Made by a program: the position numbers and the translations under genes
In this document: piece by piece, positions 27,001-35,346 of the stretch
Position numbering within the stretch: position 1 is the stretch's first letter
Layout: every line of letters starts with the position of its first letter
NCBI GenBank assembly: GCA_035549815.1
Contig: DASZQC010000142.1
Span: 1 to 35,346 of the forward strand
Origin: Dongiaceae bacterium
GTDB taxonomy: Bacteria; Pseudomonadota; Alphaproteobacteria; Dongiales; Dongiaceae
Direction of reading: 5' to 3'
DNA length: 35,346 bases
Notes under the pieces: model-generated
What the model saw: the letters and a program-made list of their open reading frames with translations, nothing else
What the model was told of the DNA's origin: nothing
Databases searched by the model: none

Positions 27001-28566
27001 TCACTCGGCCGCGCGGGCCTTGCCCGGCTTGCGGTCGAAATCTTCGGGGAAATGCTTGAGCGCACTCTGCACCGGGAACGGCGTCAGGCCGCCCAGCGCG
27101 CAGAGCGATCCGTCCAGCAGGGTCGTGCACAGATCGTCGAGCACGGCGAAATTCTTGGAAGCCTCCTGTCCCGCCAGGATACGGTCGATCACCTCGACGC
27201 CGCGGGTCGAGCCGATGCGGCAGGGCGTGCACTTGCCGCAGGATTCCGCCGCGCAGAACTCGAACGCGAAACGCGCCTGTTGCGCCATGTCGACGCTGTC
27301 GTCGAACACCACGATGCCGCCATGGCCCAGCATGCCCTTCTGCGCCGCCATCGCCTCGTAATCCAAGGGCGTGTCGAGCAGGTGCTCCGGGAAATAGGCG
27401 CCGAGCGGGCCGCCGATCTGGACTGAGCGGATCGGCCGGCCGGTCGCGGTGCCGCCGCCGAAATCCTCGATCGCCTGGCGGATGGTGATGCCGAAGGCCT
27501 TCTCGACCAGGCCGCCGCGCTTGATGTTGCCGGCAAGCTGGAACGGCATGGTGCCGCGCGAACGGCCCACGCCGTAGTTCTTGTAGAACTCGGCGCCCTT
27601 GTCGAGGATGGTCGGCACCGCGGCAAAGCTCAGCAGGTTGTTCACCACCGTCGGCTTTCCGAACAGGCCTTGCAGCGCGGGCAGGGGCGGTTTCGCCCGC
27701 ACGGTCCCGCGCTTGCCTTCGAGGCTCTCCAGCAGCGAGGTTTCCTCGCCACAGATATAAGCCCCGGCGCCCAGGCGAAGTTCCAGATGGAACGCCTTGC
27801 CGCTGAGGCGGATGTTGTCGCCGAGATAGCCCTTGGCCTTGGCCACCTCGATGGCGCGCTGCATCTGCGCGAAGGAATCCGGATATTCGCTCCGGATATA
27901 GACGAAGCCCTTGGTGGCGCCCACCGCGAGACCGGCGATGGTCATGCCTTCGATCAGCAGGAACGGATCGCCTTCCATCAGCATGCGGTCGGCGAAGGTG
28001 CCGCTGTCGCCTTCGTCGGCGTTGCAGACGATGTATTTCTGATCGGCCTTGGCGCCCAGCACCGTCTTCCACTTGATGCCGGTGGGGAACCCTGCGCCGC
28101 CGCGGCCGCGCAGACCGGACTCGGTCACCGCGGTAACGATGTCGGCGCCGCTCAGCTTCAGCGCGTTGTCCAGGCCGCGATAGCCGCCATGGGCGATGTA
28201 ATCCTCGACCGACACCGGATCGGTGATGCCGCAGCGCGCGAAGGTCAGCCGTTCCTGGTTCCTCAGATAGGGGATCTCCTCCGGCTTGCCGAGGCGCAGC
28301 TTGTGCTCGCCGCCTTTGATCAGCGCCCCGAACAGGCCCGCGACATCGTCTTCGCTCACCGGGCCATAGGCGATGCGGCCTTCGGGCGTCGCCACTTCCA
28401 CCATCGGCTCCAGCCAATAGAGGCCGCGCGAGCCGTTGCGCACCAGCTTGATCTCGGTCTTCGCCTTCTGCGCCTCGGCGCGGATCGCGCTGGCGACCTC
28501 ATTGGCGCCGAGCGAGATGGCGGAGGAATCGCCTGGCACGTAGATCGTGATCATCGACCCGCTCAT
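27001..28566 (-). CDS. fdsB: Formate dehydrogenase beta subunit (NuoF-like, FMN/NADH)
   Basis: SGLRGRGGAGFPTGIKW, NADEGDSGTFADR, GAYICGEET, ESCGKCTPCRIG, SLCALG. Start reassigned to 28566 (ATGA overlap with fdsG). Confidence 0.96.
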   Translation of the reverse strand: MSGSMITIYVPGDSSAISLGANEVASAIRAEAQKAKTEIKLVRNGSRGLYWLEPMVEVATPEGRIAYGPVSEDDVAGLFGALIKGGEHKLRLGKPEEIPYLRNQERLTFARCGITDPVSVEDYIAHGGYRGLDNALKLSGADIVTAVTESGLRGRGGAGFPTGIKWKTVLGAKADQKYIVCNADEGDSGTFADRMLMEGDPFLLIEGMTIAGLAVGATKGFVYIRSEYPDSFAQMQRAIEVAKAKGYLGDNIRLSGKAFHLELRLGAGAYICGEETSLLESLEGKRGTVRAKPPLPALQGLFGKPTVVNNLLSFAAVPTILDKGAEFYKNYGVGRSRGTMPFQLAGNIKRGGLVEKAFGITIRQAIEDFGGGTATGRPIRSVQIGGPLGAYFPEHLLDTPLDYEAMAAQKGMLGHGGIVVFDDSVDMAQQARFAFEFCAAESCGKCTPCRIGSTRGVEVIDRILAGQEASKNFAVLDDLCTTLLDGSLCALGGLTPFPVQSALKHFPEDFDRKPGKARAAE

Positions 28567-29039
28567 CTCTTGGCCTCCAGCTTGTCGATGAGCTGGTCGA
28601 AGCGCTGCGGCGTCACGCGGCCATGCAGCTTGCCATCGATCATCGCCGCCGGCGCGCAGGCGCAATTGCCGAAGCAATAGATCGGCTCCAGCGTGTAGCG
28701 GCCGTCGGGGCTGGTCTCATGGAAATCGGTGTTCAGGCGCTGCTTGGCGCGTTCCTCGTTGGCGCGGCCGCCCATGGACTGACAGGCTTCGGCGCGGCAG
28801 ATCTTCACCACGTGCCGTCCCGGCGCGTGGTCGCGGAAGTCGTGATAGAAGGTGATGACGCCATGCACTTCGGCACGGCTCAGGTTGAGCTCATCCGCGA
28901 TGACCGGCACCGAGGCCGGATCCACATAGCCGAAATGCTCTTGCAGGGCATGCAGGATGGGCAGCAGCGCCCCGTCCAGTTTCTTATGGGCGCGAATAAT
29001 GTCGCGCCCGATCTCCGAATCCCAATCTCTCGCCGACAT
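28563..29039 (-). CDS. fdsG: Formate dehydrogenase gamma subunit (NuoE-like, 2Fe-2S)
   Basis: LLPILHALQ, NLSRAEVHGVITFYHDFR, CRAEAC..CFGNCACAP. Confidence 0.95.
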   Translation of the reverse strand: MSARDWDSEIGRDIIRAHKKLDGALLPILHALQEHFGYVDPASVPVIADELNLSRAEVHGVITFYHDFRDHAPGRHVVKICRAEACQSMGGRANEERAKQRLNTDFHETSPDGRYTLEPIYCFGNCACAPAAMIDGKLHGRVTPQRFDQLIDKLEAKR

Positions 29040-29112
29040 GGCTACCTGATCTCGCTAGCGGTCGAATCCGACTTCATTACACTCTCCATGTAGGGTGAGA
29101 TCAAATCCGAAA

Positions 29113-29164
29113 CATTGATTTTGTGATAGATGAAATTTATCACGCTAACAAAATCAATGGTTTA
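29113..29164. promoter_or_regulatory. LysR T-N11-A box flanked by inverted IHF-like sites upstream of fdsG
   Basis: GTGATAGA-tgaaa-TTTATCAC (29123-29143). Perfect 12-bp IR CATTGATTTTGT/ACAAAATCAATG. AATCAATGGTTTA (29152-29164) fits WATCAANNNNTTR. Confidence 0.65.
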
Positions 29165-29378
29165 GAATCCTTCAAATTTGACCCTTCTGCCCGCTCCTGA
29201 CGGTATGAGTGATCACCAAGGTCTGTGCATGATGCGGGAGGGCCGCTCTTGCCTCTTGTCTGAAAGCGGCCGGACAGGCTACCCAAGCGCCGCATCCGGC
29301 TGTGAAATACGTCATCGGCCTGCCACGGCCGCCGTGTTTCCCTGTCGATCCCTGGGGGCCTCATAAGAGTCTTGGATC

Positions 29379-30515
29379 ATGACTGCTACGCTGCGCTTCG
29401 CCCAAGGCGAGGCTGACCACGAATCCATCTTCCGCATCCGCTACGACATTTATGCCGACGAGATCGGCTACAAGTTTCCCGGAGCCGATCACGCCGGTCG
29501 CCGCTTGGTGGAGCCGTTCAAGCGGCCGACCCGGCTGCTGATGGGCGAGGAGGGCGGCCAACTCGTCGGCACCCTCCAGTTCAACTGGGGCGGCGAGTGC
29601 GCCTTCAGCGAGGAGGAGATGAACATCTACCGCCTCGCCGATTTCATTCCGGTGGTCGGCGCCGGTGGCATCATCATTTTCTCCCGCTTCATGACACGCC
29701 CGAGCCACCGCACCGGCGCGCTGCCGGGCGACCTGCTGGACGAGATGTATCGCTTCGCGCTGCAGAACAATGTGCGCCTGCTGTTCTGCGATTGCCGGCC
29801 GCATCTGATCGGCACCTACCTGCGGCTTGGTTTCCGCACCTATGCCAAGACCTACAACGACCCCGTCGCCGGCCTGCTGGCGCCCTTGGTGCTGGTGATG
29901 GATGACGTCGCGCACCTGGAGCGCGTCGGCTCGCGCTTCTTCCCGCTGACCAAGGGTTGGCAGCCGAACGCGGAAGTGCGGGCGAAGATGTTCGCCATGC
30001 TGCCGCAGGCGAGCCAGGTACAGATGCTGGCGGCACCCACGGCTTCGCCGGACTGGTTGGGCATCCAGGACACCTTGTCCGACGACGACCACGGCCAGAT
30101 CTCCATCTTCCAGGGATTGGACCCTGCAGAGATCGCCAAGTTGATCGAGATGAGCCCGGTCATCACCTGCAATCCGGGCGACCGCATCATCGGCCAGGAT
30201 ATCGCCGATCGCACCGTGTTCGTGGTGCTGAGCGGCGCCGTCGAGGTGCTGAAGGATGGCGAGTTCGTGGCGCTGATGTCGCGCGGCAGCGTGTTCGGCG
30301 AGGTGGCCTTCCTGCTCGGTACCGAACGCACGGCGGACGTGATCGCCGCTACCGAGACGAAGGTCATCTCGTTGCGCGAGCGGGTGCTGAACGAGCTCAT
30401 CGCGTCGGAATCCAAGATCGCGGCGCGCTTCTTGCTCAATCTGGCGCGCATCGTCTGCCTCAAGCTGGCGGGCGATCATGACGGCGGGGTACTGCCGGTC
30501 GTCGCGCGCGCCTAG
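29379..30515 (+). CDS. FeeM/LuxI-like GNAT-fold N-acyltransferase fused to a C-terminal cNMP-binding domain
   Basis: IFRIRYDIYADEIG, VGTL, SRFMTRPSHR, YLRLGF; cNMP domain IFQGL..GDRII..VVLSGAVEV..GSVFGEVAFLLGTERTADV. Confidence 0.75.
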   Translation: MTATLRFAQGEADHESIFRIRYDIYADEIGYKFPGADHAGRRLVEPFKRPTRLLMGEEGGQLVGTLQFNWGGECAFSEEEMNIYRLADFIPVVGAGGIIIFSRFMTRPSHRTGALPGDLLDEMYRFALQNNVRLLFCDCRPHLIGTYLRLGFRTYAKTYNDPVAGLLAPLVLVMDDVAHLERVGSRFFPLTKGWQPNAEVRAKMFAMLPQASQVQMLAAPTASPDWLGIQDTLSDDDHGQISIFQGLDPAEIAKLIEMSPVITCNPGDRIIGQDIADRTVFVVLSGAVEVLKDGEFVALMSRGSVFGEVAFLLGTERTADVIAATETKVISLRERVLNELIASESKIAARFLLNLARIVCLKLAGDHDGGVLPVVARA

Positions 30516-30528
30516 ACGCCGGTCGCGC

Positions 30529-33501
30529 ATGTTGGTCAAGATCGAAGCGGGCGAAGGAAGGCCGATCCTCGCCCTGATGCTGATCAACATGGCGACGGGC
30601 GTCGCCAACTGCCTGGTCTTGAGCGCGGCCTTTGCTCTGTTCTTTCAGCGTTTCGCCGCGGAGCAGCTTGCCGTCGTCTATGTGGTGAATGCCGGGGTAA
30701 TCGTCGCCGGCAGCGCCTTGTTCCTGTGGCTGACGCGGCGCTTCGCCGTCGGCGCATCGCTGACCGGATTGAGCGCGTCGCTGGCGGTGTTGGTCTGGAT
30801 CGCCGCGATCCTGTTAATGAGGGGCGCGCCGGCCTGGCTGATCTTCGCGCTGCCGATCCTATTCCAGACCATCTTCGTGCTCGGCAACCTGGTGATCTGG
30901 AGCTTGGCCGGGCGCCTGTTCGACGTGCGTCAGGGCCGCCGCCTGTTCGGCCTGATCAACACCGGCTACTGGATCGGCGTCGTGACGATCGGTATCGCAG
31001 TGCGCTTCCTGGTGCCACACACCGGCCTTGCCGGGTTGCTGCCACCGGCGGCGGTCGCGGCGACACTGGCGAGTATCGGCATGTTGCTGGTGACGCGCCG
31101 CTACACCACGCGGATCGGCGGGGCGACGGCGCAGGGTGCCAAGGATCGCACGCCTCTGTCCCGGGTATTGAAGGACAGTCACGCGCTGTTGGTCTTCGCC
31201 ACCACCGCCTGCGTGTGGCTCGCTTTCTATGTGATTGATAATATCTTTTATGAGCGCGCCCATGCGGTCTATGCCAGCGCGGCCGATCTCGCAGGCTTCC
31301 TCGGCTTCTACAATGCGTTGGGCGGCGTCATCACCATCGCGATAACCGCGATCGGTTCTGGCGTGCTGATCCAGGCGCTCGGCGTGCCGCGCAGCCTGCT
31401 GGTGACGCCGGCGATATTGGTGCTGCTGTGCGTTGCCATGCTCGGCTGCGGCCTGTCGGCGGGAGAGGGGTTTCTGCTGTTCATTCTGGCGGCGGCGACG
31501 CGGTTGATCGACGTGGCGGCGATGGGCGCCGTCAACCAGCCGTCGCTGAACCTCACCTATCAGCCGCTGCCCGCCAGCTTGAAGATGAGCGTGCAGACAA
31601 TCGCCGAAGGCATCATGCAGCCGCTGGCGATCGGTCTTGCCGGTTTGCTGCTGCTGGCGCTGCGCCAGGGATTGGACCTCAGTTCGACGCAGCTCGCCAT
31701 CGTCGCGCTCGTCATCGTGGCGCTGTGGTGCCTGTGGGCTACGCGGCTCGGTGCCTCGTATCGGAAACGCTTCGCAGCCTTGCTGAAGGCGCGGGCCTAT
31801 GATTCCAACGCAGAGACCAGATTGCCGATCGACAAGGCGGCCGTTGCGATCTTGAGCGAGACCGCGCGGACCGGCGAACCCGCGGCCGCCCTCTATGCCA
31901 TCGAAACCCTGCTGCAACAGGCGCCGATGGCTTTGCTGTCGGCGTTGCCGGAGTTGGCGCGGAATCCGAGCAATGAGGTGCGTTTGGCGATCGTGCCCCA
32001 TGTGGCGGCCGTGGAGCCGGACTTGCTGCGCGCGATGACAGACGACCCATCGCCCGACGTCCGCGCGGCGGCATTGCGCGCGCTCGCGGAAGCTAACGGG
32101 CAGCGCCATCCATCAGTCGAGGCGGCGCTGCATTCATCCGACTTGGCGCTGCGCCAGGCAGCGTTGTCGGGGCTCGCGGCGCGCCACGACGCAACCATGT
32201 TTGTGCGACAGGAGGTGCGGGCCTGGCTGCGGTCGGGTGAACCGACTGCACGTCGCGCGGCGTTGCAGGTTGCGGGAATATTGCGGGATGCGACGCTGTG
32301 GCCGGAGGTGGCGGCGTTGCTGGATGCGCCCGGCTTGCGCGGCGCGGCGATGCGTGCCCTGAGTCAGGGCGGGGACGATGCCGGTTGTGCCGTCGCGGCG
32401 GTGGCGATAAACCCACAAACGCCAGTTCCGGCGCGCGCCTCAGCCTGCGCAGTGTTGGGGCGCCTGGGCAACGCGGCCGCGCACGACGCGCTCGGCCAAA
32501 TGCTCGATGATCCGGAGTGCGCGATCCGCGATGCGGCGCTGGAGGCGTTCACCCGGCTTCGCTTCGTAGAGATCGATGCGCGGCGGCCGGCGTTGATCGC
32601 GCGCGAGTTGGACGATATCGCGGCGATGTCAGGCTTGGCGGACAGCGATGCGGTTGTGACGGCGCTGCTGGCGGCGAAGCGGCGCCTGCTGTTGCTGCTG
32701 TCCCTGGGGCACGATCCCGCAGCGATGCAGCGCGCCATCCCCCTGTTGCTGGCGCCGCTAGGCGACGCGGATCGCAACCGCGCGGCGGCGCTGGAGCTGG
32801 TGGAGATGTGGTCGCCGCAGCATCTGCGTGCGCGGATCCTGGCATTGTTCGGCAAGGCGGCGGAGAGCGTCGACCAACCCACCGGAGCGACGGCGCGTGC
32901 ATTGGTGCAAGACGCCCCGCGCTGGGCGACGTCGTGGGTGATGGCATGGGCGCTGACGCAACTGCCGCGATCGGACGACGCAACATTGCGGGGCATCGTT
33001 CAGCCGATGGCGATGGCAACAGATCCGGCCCTGCGGGACGCGGCGCGACGCTGGTTGGGAAATTCAACGACGGAGACGAGCATGGTGTCGGTGGTCGAGC
33101 GCGTGCTGCTGCTCAAATCCTCCAACTTCTTCGCCGGCGTGTCGGATTCGCTGCTCGCGGGAATTGCCGCCAGCCTGGAAGAGGTGCCCGTGACGTCAGG
33201 CGCGATGGTCGTCAGCGAAGGGGCCATCGACCAGAGCATGTATGTGATCGCCCGCGGCCGCATGGAGGCGCGCCACAACGATGCCAGCCTGTCGACCATG
33301 GAAGCGGGCGAGGTGTTCGGCGAACTGGCGTTGCTGGATCCCGCGCCGCGCTCGGCGACGGTGGTGGCGCTGGAGGATGGATTGCTGTTGAAGCTGGCCG
33401 GTCCGGTGTTCCAGGACCTGCTCGCGGATCACGGCGAAATGGCGCTCGCCATCATCCGCGAGTTGGTCCAGCGGCTCCGCGCCACGACGGCGCGGATGTA
33501 G
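30529..33501 (+). CDS. NTT/TLC-like MFS transporter with HEAT repeats and a cNMP-binding domain
   Basis: About 12 TM with W.LAGRLFDVRQGRRLFGLI and YQPLP; HEAT motifs DDPSPDVRAAALRAL and LDDPECAIRDAALEA; ERVLLLKSSNFF..GEVFGELALLDPAPRSATV. Start reassigned to 30529. Confidence 0.8.
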   Translation: MLVKIEAGEGRPILALMLINMATGVANCLVLSAAFALFFQRFAAEQLAVVYVVNAGVIVAGSALFLWLTRRFAVGASLTGLSASLAVLVWIAAILLMRGAPAWLIFALPILFQTIFVLGNLVIWSLAGRLFDVRQGRRLFGLINTGYWIGVVTIGIAVRFLVPHTGLAGLLPPAAVAATLASIGMLLVTRRYTTRIGGATAQGAKDRTPLSRVLKDSHALLVFATTACVWLAFYVIDNIFYERAHAVYASAADLAGFLGFYNALGGVITIAITAIGSGVLIQALGVPRSLLVTPAILVLLCVAMLGCGLSAGEGFLLFILAAATRLIDVAAMGAVNQPSLNLTYQPLPASLKMSVQTIAEGIMQPLAIGLAGLLLLALRQGLDLSSTQLAIVALVIVALWCLWATRLGASYRKRFAALLKARAYDSNAETRLPIDKAAVAILSETARTGEPAAALYAIETLLQQAPMALLSALPELARNPSNEVRLAIVPHVAAVEPDLLRAMTDDPSPDVRAAALRALAEANGQRHPSVEAALHSSDLALRQAALSGLAARHDATMFVRQEVRAWLRSGEPTARRAALQVAGILRDATLWPEVAALLDAPGLRGAAMRALSQGGDDAGCAVAAVAINPQTPVPARASACAVLGRLGNAAAHDALGQMLDDPECAIRDAALEAFTRLRFVEIDARRPALIARELDDIAAMSGLADSDAVVTALLAAKRRLLLLLSLGHDPAAMQRAIPLLLAPLGDADRNRAAALELVEMWSPQHLRARILALFGKAAESVDQPTGATARALVQDAPRWATSWVMAWALTQLPRSDDATLRGIVQPMAMATDPALRDAARRWLGNSTTETSMVSVVERVLLLKSSNFFAGVSDSLLAGIAASLEEVPVTSGAMVVSEGAIDQSMYVIARGRMEARHNDASLSTMEAGEVFGELALLDPAPRSATVVALEDGLLLKLAGPVFQDLLADHGEMALAIIRELVQRLRATTARM

Positions 33502-33507
33502 AGGCGA

Positions 33508-33906
33508 CTAAGCGCGGCCGCGCTTCGCGTCCACCGACCAGACGCCGCCGCCGGCGCAGGCCAGATACAGGAACACGAAGGAATACAGTGCCGCGAGCTC
33601 GCCGCCGTTCAGCAACGGGAAGAAGCCCTGCGGCGCGTGGCTATGGAAATACGCCACCGCGGTCATGCCGGACAGAATGAAGGCGGTCGGCCGGGTGAAC
33701 AGGCCGATGACGATCAGGATGCCACCGACGAGCTCGAAGATGCCGGCAATGCCATAGATCGACGTCAGCGGAACGCCGTTCATCTGGCTTACCGGAAAGC
33801 CCAGGAGCTTGGTGGTGCCGTGCTGCAAGAGCAGCAGGCCGGCGGCGATGCGCAGGATGGACAGTACGCGCGGCGCCCAGGCGCTCGCGGTTTGGGTCAA
33901 AGACAT
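33508..33906 (-). CDS. DoxX family membrane protein
   Basis: LRIAAG..HGTTKL..ELVGG..GLFTR..SG..AVAYF..H..NGGELA..GGG.WSVD. Start at MSLTQ with GAGGGGGAG RBS. Confidence 0.9.
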   Translation of the reverse strand: MSLTQTASAWAPRVLSILRIAAGLLLLQHGTTKLLGFPVSQMNGVPLTSIYGIAGIFELVGGILIVIGLFTRPTAFILSGMTAVAYFHSHAPQGFFPLLNGGELAALYSFVFLYLACAGGGVWSVDAKRGRA

Positions 33907-34022
33907 GAACTCCCCCTCTGGTTGGCGTTGAGTCGTGGGCAAATGTAACCAAGACGGTGGCTATACGCCATGCGTGATCAGGCCCGCCAGATCACGGAAT
34001 CGTGAGCGCCGCTTGCCCCCGC

Positions 34023-34796
34023 TCAGCGCTCCACGAACGCCTTTTCCACCACGAAATGCCCCGGCGTGCTGTGATTGCCTTCACTGAAATTGCGGGCCAG
34101 CAGCAGGGTTTGCAGATCGCTCAGCATATGCGGGCTGCCGCACAGCATGATCCGGTCGACCTCCGGGTCGAGCGGCTTCATGCCGGTGTCGGCGAACAGC
34201 TTGCCGCTCTCGATCAGATCGGTGATGCGGCCGCGATTCTCGAACGGCTCGCGCGTCACCGTCGGATAATAGCTGAGCTTCGCCGCAACGTCGGCGCCGA
34301 TATGCGGATCGTTCGGCAGATGGTCGCAGATCATGTCCATGTAGGCGAGCTCCGCCACCTTGCGGCAGCCATGGACCAGCACCACGCGCTCGAAGCGTTC
34401 ATAGACCTCGGGATCCTTGATCAGGCTCATGAACGGCGCGAGGCCCGTGCCGGTGCCGAGCAGATACAGGTTCTTGCCCGGCAGCAGGTTGTCCAGGATC
34501 AGCGTGCCGGTCGGCTTGCGCCCGACCAGGATGCTGTCGCCTTCGCTGAGATGCTGCAGGCGGGAGGTGAGGGGACCGTTCGCCACCTTGATGGAGAAGA
34601 ACTCCAGCGTCTCCTCGTAGTTGGCGCTGGCCATGGAATAGGCGCGCAGCAGCGGCTTTCCGTCGAGCTGCAGGCCGATCATGGTGAACTGGCCGTTCTG
34701 GAAACGGAATCCCGGGTCTCGGGTGGTGACGAAGCTGAACAGCGTGTCGGTCCAGTGGCGGACCTTCAGGACCCGCTCCACGTTCAAATTGCTCAT
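34023..34796 (-). CDS. fpr: Ferredoxin(flavodoxin)-NADP+ reductase, bacterial type
   Basis: HWTDTLFSF, GQFTMIGL, RAYSMAS, GPLTSRLQ, TGTGLAPF, MLCGSP, C-terminal AFVER. Start at MSNLN (34796). Confidence 0.95.
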   Translation of the reverse strand: MSNLNVERVLKVRHWTDTLFSFVTTRDPGFRFQNGQFTMIGLQLDGKPLLRAYSMASANYEETLEFFSIKVANGPLTSRLQHLSEGDSILVGRKPTGTLILDNLLPGKNLYLLGTGTGLAPFMSLIKDPEVYERFERVVLVHGCRKVAELAYMDMICDHLPNDPHIGADVAAKLSYYPTVTREPFENRGRITDLIESGKLFADTGMKPLDPEVDRIMLCGSPHMLSDLQTLLLARNFSEGNHSTPGHFVVEKAFVER

Positions 34797-34877
34797 GATT
34801 CCCGCGCCCAATGATACTGCGTCGGCGCGGTCGCATGATGCCCAGCGCACAAATCCGCAAAATCCGGCGAACTATAT

Positions 34878-34896
34878 ATTGCGAGTGATTTGCAAT
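34878..34896. promoter_or_regulatory. Putative alphaproteobacterial Fur/Mur box
   Basis: ATTGCGAGT-G-ATTTGCAAT, a 9-1-9 imperfect palindrome extended by another TGCAAT hexamer, between fpr and the divergent ORF. Confidence 0.65.
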
Positions 34897-34934
34897 TGCA
34901 ATATGAACAGGCCGGATTTTTGGGAAAGCCAGCC

Positions 34935-35345
34935 ATGCCGCAAACCGCTACCGCCCCGCGCACCCCCGTCCTGCCGCCCTATGTGCCGGAGATGCCGGTG
35001 TCAGACTTGCGCACGGCGGAGGCGTTCCTGGTGGCGACGCTGCGGCTCTGGCTGGCGGAAAAAGCGAGCGGCACGAAAGCTCCCCATGCTCCTAACGCAA
35101 GAGATTGGCGCAGCGGCTTCCTGGCCGCGGGCCTGGAGGAGGATGCGGCGCCCGATTTCGACATGGCGCTGCGCATCCTGCATGCCGGCGCCCAGCCGCC
35201 GCTGGCGCTGCGTGATTTCCGTGATCCGCGGCTGGCCGCGGATGAAGCGCGCCTGCTATCGGTGTTCGGTCATCTGCAACGGGGCGATATCGGCACTGCC
35301 TTAACGGAGCTGCAATATCGCCTGCCGACCAAGTCGCTGCGCTGG
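34935..35345 (+). CDS. Hypothetical protein, truncated at the window edge
   Basis: Not in the ORF track; translated by hand. MPQTATAPRTPVLPPYVPEMPVSDLRTAEAFLVATLRLWL..DWRSGFLAAGL..FDMALRIL..DEARLL; no stop before the end of the window. Confidence 0.65.
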   Translation, partial: MPQTATAPRTPVLPPYVPEMPVSDLRTAEAFLVATLRLWLAEKASGTKAPHAPNARDWRSGFLAAGLEEDAAPDFDMALRILHAGAQPPLALRDFRDPRLAADEARLLSVFGHLQRGDIGTALTELQYRLPTKSLRW

Positions 35346-35346
35346 A

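Noticed and set aside
25463-28417. 984-aa minus-strand ORF
   Set aside because: Alternative frame overlapping fdsB/fdsA; Arg/Pro/Gly-rich composition typical of GC shadow ORFs.
29379-33501. CBASS/Pycsar-type anti-phage system
   Set aside because: No cyclase or CD-NTase and no recognisable toxic effector; the context is metabolic, not a defence island.
33940-33965. Single GTTAC upstream of doxX as a member of the degP regulon
   Set aside because: The partner boxes at the N6, N17 and N5 spacings are absent.

Overview
High-GC chromosomal window from an alphaproteobacterium-like genome. I found no CRISPR array, tRNA/rRNA, integrase or transposase. From left to right it holds: (1) a degP/htrA protease (cut by the window edge) divergent from an OmpR-family regulator plus HAMP histidine kinase; (2) an MFS transporter; (3) three tandem paralogous small secreted C-x33-C proteins, each with its own promoter motif, conserved structured leader and terminator; (4) a DHA2 efflux pump divergent from a type III PKS plus ICMT-family methyltransferase; (5) a hypothetical protein and a cupredoxin lipoprotein; (6) ald plus an omega-amino acid:pyruvate transaminase with a PuuR-like regulator; (7) a DUF559 nuclease with a REP-like inverted repeat; (8) a GNAT, two DeoR paralogs, an AraC gene broken by an in-frame TAG, two VOC genes, YaiI, GST and a second GNAT; (9) fdsGBACD formate dehydrogenase with a trailing LysR; (10) an N-acyltransferase-cNMP / NTT-HEAT-cNMP gene pair; (11) DoxX, fpr, a Fur-like box and a truncated hypothetical gene. 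The most notable finding is a 47-48 bp four-box promoter architecture shared by degP and all three small secreted genes. Those three genes also share a candidate structured 5'-UTR RNA. Together these suggest an undescribed envelope-stress regulon. The second candidate system is the dual cNMP-domain acyltransferase/transporter pair. All family calls come from reading motifs by eye; no database searches were run.
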